47,333 bases of DNA from NCBI GenBank assembly GCA_051306055.1, contig JBPPMN010000102.1, forward strand, positions 1 to 47,333. Direction: 5' to 3'. The notes beneath the pieces were generated by a model that was not told where the DNA came from, did not search any database, and saw only the letters and a program-made list of their open reading frames with translations. This DNA is from Acidimicrobiales bacterium. Its GTDB lineage: Bacteria > Actinomycetota > Acidimicrobiia > Acidimicrobiales > VFJN01. The position numbers were made by a program, and so were the translations under genes. Each line of letters starts with the position of its first letter. The stretch's first letter is position 1. Shown here piece by piece: positions 40,903 to 47,333 of the stretch.

Positions 40903-42428
40903 CCGGCGGCCGCCTGGGCCAGGAGGGCCTCGAGGGCGCGGCGGTTGGCCTTGGTGTCGTAGGTCTGGAACCGCTCCATGAAGTCGTCGCGCTCGGCCTG
41001 ACGGCGGCGCTCGAGGTGGTCGGTGATGCGGCCCATGGCCAGCAGCGTGTCGGTGTCGACCCGGCTGCGGTCGTGGAGGTCGCGGGCCAGCTCCCGGAGG
41101 TGCTCGAGGTGCACCTCGGCGTCCTGGTGGTCGCCAAGGTTGTCCTGCAGCGCCTTCAGCTGGCCGACGAACGCCTTGCGAGCCTTCGTGGGGTGCAGGC
41201 TGCCGAAGCACTCGAGCAGGTACCGCAGCTTCTTGGCGTCCTTGCGCAGGTCGTGGAGGTCCTCGGCCGGGGAGTCGGCGGTGATGGCCCGGCCGTGGGC
41301 CAGCAGCCGCTCCTGGGCCCGGGCGGTGCGCTGGGCCACCAGCGGTCCGAGGGGACGACCCGATGGCTCGCCGACGGCGCCCTCCAGCCACTGGCGCCAG
41401 GCGCTGAGCAAGTCGTGACAGGTGTCGCTGCGCAGGGCGTTGGCCAGGGCCCGGTGGGCGGCCAGGCGGCGGGCCTGCAGCTCGTCGCGCACCTTGTCGA
41501 GGGCCCCGGGGTCGTCGGCGCCGATGGGGGCGACCAGGTCGTCCCAGCCGAGCACGTACACGTCGAGGTCGCGCGCTCGTCCCGTGACGCTGCCCAGCCA
41601 GCCGAACGACTCCCGGAAGCGCTCGCGCACGTCGCTCGGGAGGACCCCGCGCGACTGGGCCAGCACCGAGCGCGTGCGGCGCACGGCCACCCGGAGCTCG
41701 TGCAGGAACTCAGGGTCGGTGGCGGCGACGGTGCCCTCGAGGTTGGCGTCGATGGTGTCGGCCAGGTTGGCCAGGACCCGCCGGAAGCCGTCGAGGGCGT
41801 CCTCGTCGCCATCGAGCGGCACGGTGGGCGACGACTCGTGGCCCGCGAGGTCGATGCCCACCGCCGAGGCCACGACGGCGCAGAGGTCGGAGCCAGAGGG
41901 CTCCAGCCCCATGGCGTGCAGGCGCTGGAGCGTCTGCTCCAGGTCGTCGCCGTGGCCGGCCACGCCCACGACCTCCGCCACCCACTCGGGGAGGACGGCA
42001 CCGTTGGTGGCCTCCGACTCGATCGACGAGTGGATGGTGAGCTGCGCCACCACCTTGCCCCGCCGGTCGCGGCGCTCCACGGACCGGGCCACGGAGCGCA
42101 CCGACACCACCGGCAGGAGGGCGCGCTCCTCCGTGTGGGGCAGCACCCGAGCCCGGAACGGACCGGGCGGCAGCGCGTCGGCGAACGCCGGTGGCCGGTC
42201 GATGGCCAGCACGGCCGGCACCGTGTGGTCGCCGCCGCTCAGCACGAGCTGCGAGGTGGCCCCCTGGCGCAGCTCGAGCTGGAGGCCGGCCCGGTGCAGC
42301 CGCCCGTCGAACGTGTCGAGGAGCACCCGGGTGCTGGGGGTGGGCTCCCCCACCTCGAAGCCTCCGTCGGCCAGGGCTCGGGCCAGCCGGTCGGCGGCGA
42401 GGTCGGGGTCGGAGAAGGTGGTGGGCAT
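40899..42428 (-). CDS. CYTH-like plus CHAD domain protein (polyphosphate-binding family)
   Basis: LLDTFDGRL (CYTH-like); CHAD motifs EFLHELRVAVRRTRS, ARDLDV, LHDLRKDAKKLRY, LQDNLGDHQD. Confidence 0.88.
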   Translation of the reverse strand: MPTTFSDPDLAADRLARALADGGFEVGEPTPSTRVLLDTFDGRLHRAGLQLELRQGATSQLVLSGGDHTVPAVLAIDRPPAFADALPPGPFRARVLPHTEERALLPVVSVRSVARSVERRDRRGKVVAQLTIHSSIESEATNGAVLPEWVAEVVGVAGHGDDLEQTLQRLHAMGLEPSGSDLCAVVASAVGIDLAGHESSPTVPLDGDEDALDGFRRVLANLADTIDANLEGTVAATDPEFLHELRVAVRRTRSVLAQSRGVLPSDVRERFRESFGWLGSVTGRARDLDVYVLGWDDLVAPIGADDPGALDKVRDELQARRLAAHRALANALRSDTCHDLLSAWRQWLEGAVGEPSGRPLGPLVAQRTARAQERLLAHGRAITADSPAEDLHDLRKDAKKLRYLLECFGSLHPTKARKAFVGQLKALQDNLGDHQDAEVHLEHLRELARDLHDRSRVDTDTLLAMGRITDHLERRRQAERDDFMERFQTYDTKANRRALEALLAQAAAG

Positions 42429-42471
42429 CGGTGGTGGACCGGACCGAGCTCGGGCGGTCCATGATGAGGCC

Positions 42472-42945
42472 ATGGGCACCGAGATCGAGCGGAAGTTCCT
42501 GGTGGCGGCCGTCCCCTCCCCCGAGGCGCTCGGGCCGGGGGTTCGGCTGCGGCAAGGGTACTTGGCCCTCGATGAACAGGTAGAGGTGAGGATGCGAACA
42601 GGCGATGACGCCACCCTGCTCACCATCAAGGCCGGCCGCGGCCTCACCCGCACTGAGGTGGAGCTGCCGCTAGACGGTGCCGCGGCGGACGATCTGTGGC
42701 CGCACGCCGCGGCCCGTTCGCTGGAGAAGGTGCGGCACCGCATCGACCTCGGCCACGGGCTCACGGCCGAGCTCGACCGCTACGAGGGCGCGCTGGCGGG
42801 GCTGGTCACCGTGGAGGTGGAGCTCCCGACGGAGGACGCCGCCGCCCGGTTCATCGCGCCGCCGTGGTTCGGGCGCGAGCTCACCGGCGAGGCGGGATGG
42901 TCCAACGCGGAGCTGGCCCGCCACGGTCCCCCGGCAAGCGGGTGA
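42472..42945 (+). CDS. CYTH domain protein (triphosphate tunnel metalloenzyme)
   Basis: EIERKFLV (ExExK), QGYL, LTIK, EKVR, VEVEL, PPWFGRELTG...SN. Confidence 0.9.
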   Translation: MGTEIERKFLVAAVPSPEALGPGVRLRQGYLALDEQVEVRMRTGDDATLLTIKAGRGLTRTEVELPLDGAAADDLWPHAAARSLEKVRHRIDLGHGLTAELDRYEGALAGLVTVEVELPTEDAAARFIAPPWFGRELTGEAGWSNAELARHGPPASG

Positions 42946-42967
42946 GCGCTCCGTAGGCTGGAGCCCG

Positions 42968-43369
42968 ATGATCGAAGCCGCCGGTGGCGTGGTGTGGCGC
43001 CGCACCTCGAAGGGTGTGGTGAAGGTGCTGCTCGTGCACCGCCCGCGCTACGACGACTGGTCGCTCCCCAAGGGCAAGCTCGAGCCGGGCGAGGCGGCCC
43101 GGGACGCCGCGCTGCGGGAGGTGGAGGAGGAGACCGGCCTCCGGTGCCGGGCCGATGCCGAGCTGCCCGAGACCCTCTACATCGACCGCAAGGACCGACC
43201 GAAGCGGGTGCGCTACTGGGTGATGGAGCCCACCGCCGGCGAGTTCGCCCCCAACGACGAGGTCGACGAGGTGCGCTGGGTGCCCGCCGAAGAGGCGGCC
43301 GGCGTGCTCACCTACCCACACGATGCGGCGGTGGTCGACGCCTTCCGGCAGCTCCAGCGAACGGGCTGA
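42968..43369 (+). CDS. Nudix hydrolase (MutT1/Ap4A-hydrolase-like)
   Basis: AAGGVVWR, HRPRYDDWSLPKGK, Nudix box GKLEPGE-AALREVEEETG, PNDEVDEVRW. Confidence 0.92.
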   Translation: MIEAAGGVVWRRTSKGVVKVLLVHRPRYDDWSLPKGKLEPGEAARDAALREVEEETGLRCRADAELPETLYIDRKDRPKRVRYWVMEPTAGEFAPNDEVDEVRWVPAEEAAGVLTYPHDAAVVDAFRQLQRTG

Positions 43370-43390
43370 GACCCGGTACCGTCCCGCTCC

Positions 43391-44050
43391 ATGCCCGCCG
43401 CCCTCGTCGAGCCCCACGGCGCCACCGCCGTGCTGCGGCTCACCACCGATGCCAACGCCGTCGACACCTCGTTCCTCGACGACATCGGTGCCGCCCTCGA
43501 CCGCATCGAGTCCGACGACAGCCTCACCGCGGTGGTGACCGTCGGCGCCGGCAAGAGCTTCTCCACCGGCTTCGACCTCGACCACATCATGGGCCTCGGC
43601 GACGGCGCCACCGCCTTCCTCGACCGGGCGCAAGACCTGCTGGCCCGACTGGTCACCTTCTCCCGGCCCACGGTGGCGGCCCTCAACGGCCACGCCTTCG
43701 GCTACGGCGCCATGCTGGCGCTGGCCCACGACCAGCGGGCCATGCGCGCCGATCGCGGGTGGTTCTGCTTGCCGGAGGTCGACCTCGGCCTGCAGCTGCA
43801 CGCCTTCTGGACCGCCCTGCTCACCACCCGAGCGGGCGACGCCACCGCCCTCGAGGCCATCACCACCGCCCGTCGCTACGACGGCCCCGCCGCGGTCGAG
43901 GCGGGCATCGCGGCGAGCGCCCACGCGGAGGCCGATCTCCTCGACGCCGCCATCGCCCTGGCCGAGGCTCGGGCGGGCAAGGACCCGGCCATGGTCCGCA
44001 CCCTCAAGCAGGACCTCTACGCGCCGCTGCTCTCCCTTCTCGAGGGCTGA
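43391..44050 (+). CDS. Enoyl-CoA hydratase/isomerase family protein
   Basis: FSTGFDL, PTVAALNGHAFGYG, FCLPEVDLGL. Confidence 0.9.
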   Translation: MPAALVEPHGATAVLRLTTDANAVDTSFLDDIGAALDRIESDDSLTAVVTVGAGKSFSTGFDLDHIMGLGDGATAFLDRAQDLLARLVTFSRPTVAALNGHAFGYGAMLALAHDQRAMRADRGWFCLPEVDLGLQLHAFWTALLTTRAGDATALEAITTARRYDGPAAVEAGIAASAHAEADLLDAAIALAEARAGKDPAMVRTLKQDLYAPLLSLLEG

Positions 44051-45624
44051 GCTCGGCCCACGAGGGTCAGCACCAGCAGGGCTGCCCCCACGGCGGTCGA
44101 CACCACGAACACCGGTGGCACCGCCCGCCCGGTGGCCGGCAGGGCGGCGACCGACGGAGCGGCCGAGGTGGGAGCCGCCGCCGTGGTCGGCGCCGCCGTG
44201 GTGGCGGGCGCAGGCGTGGCGGGGGCCGAGGTGAAGGGCCACACGCCGTTGGTGAGGCGCACCACGTAGAAGCCGCTGAAGCCGTCGGAGTACCAGATCT
44301 CGCCGCGCTCGGGCACGAAGGCGGGCGCCGACATGGCGTAGCTGCTGCCCTCGAGGAGCAGCCGATCCTGCACCGGCGCGTTGAAGTAGGCGATCTCCTT
44401 CGGGTTGTGCGGATCACGGATGTCGAACACCCGCAGCCCCGAGAGGATCATCGAGCAGGCCACGATCCCTGGGTCGTCGCGCTGGGGGACGCTGCAGTAG
44501 TGCCCGGCGTAGCCCTGGATGGGGCTCAGGGTGCCCGGGTCGCCGGTGAGGTCGGCGAAGTGCTCGGGCTGGTGCACCTCGAGGCGGAGGTTGGAGATGA
44601 TGTGCGGGTCGGTCTCGTCCGCGATGTCGATGATGCGCCCCGCCCCCACCTTCGACAGCGAGCCGAACTCGTCGATCTCCACCAGGTAGGGGTGGCCGTC
44701 GACGGTGATCGGGAGGGCGTTCTGGGGGATGCTCATCGTGTCCCACGACAGCGTCGACACCACCGGCACCTCGGGGTTGGGCACGCGGGCCTGCACCTCG
44801 GAGGTGTCGAGGATGATCAGCCCGTTCAGCCCGGCCACGTAGATGCGGTTGCCGTCGTCGCTCACCGACAGGCCGTGGGAGGGGTGGTCGCCCTGCCAGA
44901 GCAGCTCCGGGGCCGACAGGTCGTCCAGGCCGACCGCGAAGATCGTGCTTGTGGCCGGCGACGCGGAGTAGAAGGTGCGGCCGTCGGGCGCCATGCCGCT
45001 CTCGTGGCCGAGGATGCCGAAGGGCGACACCGACGCCAGCTGCGGGTCGAGGCAGTCCTGCGAGACGTCGTACACGTCGACCACGCCGGGACCGAAGGCC
45101 GGGTTGCCGAGCACCGCCGCCAGCACGCCCCGCTCCTGGCTGAGCACCAGCGACTCGTGGGGCGAGAGCATGGCCGGCGTGAGCAGCGTGCGCACGAGGC
45201 GGGGCTGGGAGGGGTCGGCCATGTCCATCACGTTCACACCGGCCCGACCGTCGAGCAGGTCGGTGGGGAACAGCAGCGTGGTGTCGTAGAACGCGCACTC
45301 CTGGCCCTGGGCGTCGACGTAGCGCTCCACCTTGTAGCCGCCGTAGGTGCCGTTGCCGTCGGGCTCGACGAACGACCCCACCAGCTCCGTGTTGCAGGTG
45401 AAGCCCTCGGCCGCCCGACCGGAGGCGTGATCGTCCGCCGACACACGGCCCTGCAGGCCCGTCTCCGGACGGGAGCCGGGACCGCACTCGGCCTGCGGCG
45501 TCGCCACCACCGGGGCCTCCGGGGCGTAGGCCACCGCGGCCGACGTCACCCCCAGCAGGGCGGAGGAGACGGTGAGGGCGACCAGCACGAGCAGCCAGCG
45601 GCGGTCGGGGGTTCGGCGGGCCAT
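44017..45624 (-). CDS. Secreted LVIVD-repeat-like beta-propeller protein with an LPxTG-type sorting signal
   Basis: Signal peptide (MARR..hydrophobic..AYA); repeats GVNVMD, VVDVYD, GLIILD, GRIID, GLRVFD; A/P/T linker, LPATG, hydrophobic helix, basic tail. Confidence 0.75.
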   Translation of the reverse strand: MARRTPDRRWLLVLVALTVSSALLGVTSAAVAYAPEAPVVATPQAECGPGSRPETGLQGRVSADDHASGRAAEGFTCNTELVGSFVEPDGNGTYGGYKVERYVDAQGQECAFYDTTLLFPTDLLDGRAGVNVMDMADPSQPRLVRTLLTPAMLSPHESLVLSQERGVLAAVLGNPAFGPGVVDVYDVSQDCLDPQLASVSPFGILGHESGMAPDGRTFYSASPATSTIFAVGLDDLSAPELLWQGDHPSHGLSVSDDGNRIYVAGLNGLIILDTSEVQARVPNPEVPVVSTLSWDTMSIPQNALPITVDGHPYLVEIDEFGSLSKVGAGRIIDIADETDPHIISNLRLEVHQPEHFADLTGDPGTLSPIQGYAGHYCSVPQRDDPGIVACSMILSGLRVFDIRDPHNPKEIAYFNAPVQDRLLLEGSSYAMSAPAFVPERGEIWYSDGFSGFYVVRLTNGVWPFTSAPATPAPATTAAPTTAAAPTSAAPSVAALPATGRAVPPVFVVSTAVGAALLVLTLVGRAQPSRRESSGA

Positions 45625-45714
45625 CCAGGACAGGTTCAACGCCGGCTTGCCCCACTCCTGTCCGACGGCGTTAGGTTCGGCCATCAGCAGGCTCGACCAG
45701 GGGGAACCGGCACG

Positions 45715-47319
45715 ATGGCCAGCAGCGAGCACGACGTCGACGTCGTGGTGGTGGGGGCGGGGTTCGCGGGCATGTACATGCTCCACAAGCTCCGGGGCCA
45801 GGGACTGGCCGTGCGCGTGTTCGAGGCCGGTGACGACGTGGGCGGCACCTGGTACTGGAACCGCTACCCCGGAGCCCGCTGCGACGTGGAGAGCATGGAG
45901 TACTCCTACGGGTTCGACGAAGACCTCCAGCAGCAGTGGGAGTGGACGGAGCGCTACGCCCCCCAGGGCGAGATCCTCGACTACGCCAACCACGTGGCCG
46001 ACCGCTTCGACCTCCGCCGCGACATCACCTTCGCCACCAAGGTCACGGCCGCCACCTTCGACGAGGCCGCCACCACCTGGCGGGTCACCACCGACGGCGG
46101 CCACGACCTCACGGCCCGGTTCGTGGTGCTGGCCACCGGCTGCCTCAGCTCGGCCAACATCCCGGAGCTCCCCGGCGCCGACACCTTCGCCGGCCCGACC
46201 TACCACACCGGCCGCTGGCCCCATGACGGCGTCGACTTCACCGGCCTGCGGGTGGGGGTGATCGGCACCGGCTCCAGCGCCATCCAGTCGATCCCGATCA
46301 TCGCCGAGCAGGCGACCGAGCTCACCGTGTTCCAGCGCACGGCCTCGTTCACGGTGCCGGCGTGGAACCGTCCCCTCGACCCGGTCGAGGTGAAGGAGAT
46401 CAAGAGCGACTACGCCGCGCTGCGCGAGGCCAACCGGCACATGCCCAGCGCCTTCGGAGCCCGCCTGCCGCGCGCCGAGAAGTCGGCCCTCGAGGTGAGC
46501 GACGAGGAGCGCCGGGCCGAGCTCGAGCGGCGCTGGGAGGCCGGCGGACTCCCCTTCCTCGGCGCCTACACCGACCTGCTCCTCGACAAGGCGGCCAACG
46601 ACCTGGCCGCCGACTTCGTGAAGGAGAAGCTCCACCAGATCGTCAAGGACCCCGACACCGCCCGCAAGCTCACGCCCGACCAGGTGGTGGGCTGCAAGCG
46701 GCTGTGCGTCGACACGGGCTACTGGGAGACGTTCAACCGGCCCGACGTGCACCTCGTCGACCTGCGGGAGACGCCCATCGAGGCTCTCACCCCCGCCGGG
46801 ATCCGCACCGCCGCCGGCGAGCACGAGCTCGACGCCATCGTGTACGCCACCGGCTTCGACGCCATGACCGGAGCCATCTCGAAGATCGAGATCACCGGAC
46901 GCGGCGACCGCACCCTGCGCGACGCCTGGTCGGCCGGCCCCCGCACGTACCTCGGCCTCGGGGTGGAGGGCTTCCCCAACCTCTTCACCATCACCGGGCC
47001 GGGCAGCCCCTCGGTGCTGACCAACATGCTGGTGAGCATCCAGCAGCACGTGGAGTGGATCGCCGACTGCATCGCCCACCTCGACGAGCACGGCCACCGC
47101 ACCATCGAGGCCACCCCGGACGCCCAGGACCAGTGGGTCGACTACGTGAACGCGGTGGCGGGCTTCACGCTGTTCCCCACCTGCAACTCCTGGTACCTGG
47201 GAGCCAACGTGCCCGGCAAGACCCGCGTGTTCATGCCGCTGCCCGGCTTCCCCACCTACGCAGAGCAGTGCGAGCAGGTGGTGGCCGACGGGTACCGAGG
47301 GTTCGCCCTCAGCCCGTGA
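45715..47319 (+). CDS. Type I Baeyer-Villiger monooxygenase (cyclohexanone/phenylacetone monooxygenase-like)
   Basis: GAGFAG, GGTWYWNRYPGARCD, fingerprint FAGPTYHTGRWP, GTGSS, ATGFDA. Confidence 0.95.
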   Translation: MASSEHDVDVVVVGAGFAGMYMLHKLRGQGLAVRVFEAGDDVGGTWYWNRYPGARCDVESMEYSYGFDEDLQQQWEWTERYAPQGEILDYANHVADRFDLRRDITFATKVTAATFDEAATTWRVTTDGGHDLTARFVVLATGCLSSANIPELPGADTFAGPTYHTGRWPHDGVDFTGLRVGVIGTGSSAIQSIPIIAEQATELTVFQRTASFTVPAWNRPLDPVEVKEIKSDYAALREANRHMPSAFGARLPRAEKSALEVSDEERRAELERRWEAGGLPFLGAYTDLLLDKAANDLAADFVKEKLHQIVKDPDTARKLTPDQVVGCKRLCVDTGYWETFNRPDVHLVDLRETPIEALTPAGIRTAAGEHELDAIVYATGFDAMTGAISKIEITGRGDRTLRDAWSAGPRTYLGLGVEGFPNLFTITGPGSPSVLTNMLVSIQQHVEWIADCIAHLDEHGHRTIEATPDAQDQWVDYVNAVAGFTLFPTCNSWYLGANVPGKTRVFMPLPGFPTYAEQCEQVVADGYRGFALSP

Positions 47320-47333
47320 CCTCCCCCGCACCC

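Noticed and set aside
44150-44230. Repetitive GCC-rich DNA
   Set aside because: Encodes the Ala/Pro/Thr linker of the surface protein; not an array
42994-47331. 1441-aa (+) and 1104-aa (-) ORFs suggesting giant fusions
   Set aside because: Only the distal parts are real (BVMO from 45715; surface protein from 45624); the extensions overlap other genes

Overview
Very GC-rich, gene-dense chromosomal DNA from an actinobacterium (probably Acidimicrobiia; this is an inference from gene content and style). I see about 49 CDS and no rRNA, tRNA, CRISPR array, transposase or phage genes. In order: biotin carboxylase/AtuA/TetR; an LLM oxidoreductase plus GH13 glycosidase; PFOR (nifJ) plus a DHOD-like flavoprotein behind a DosR-like box; cspA; a 4-gene ABC exporter; a SigF/STAS/anti-sigma module with a divergent unannotated 19-aa microprotein; an amidohydrolase, CMD protein and MMPL transporter; a carotenoid cluster (crtYcYd, crtZ, crtO-like, crtQ-like, crtB, crtI, idi-crtE fusion) divergent from a MerR-DICT regulator with CarH-type operator repeats, flanked by Rv0927c- and Rv0926c-like genes that share a palindrome; assorted redox genes; a PhnY/PhnZ-like pair; a polyphosphate-related block (orphan ParA coupled to a CYTH-CHAD protein, a CYTH protein, a Nudix hydrolase); an LPxTG-type surface protein; and a Baeyer-Villiger monooxygenase. 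Best candidates for undescribed systems: (1) ParA + CHAD as a polyphosphate-granule positioning module; (2) a B12-independent MerR-DICT sensor controlling a hybrid carotenoid pathway. All family calls come from motif recognition; no searches were run.
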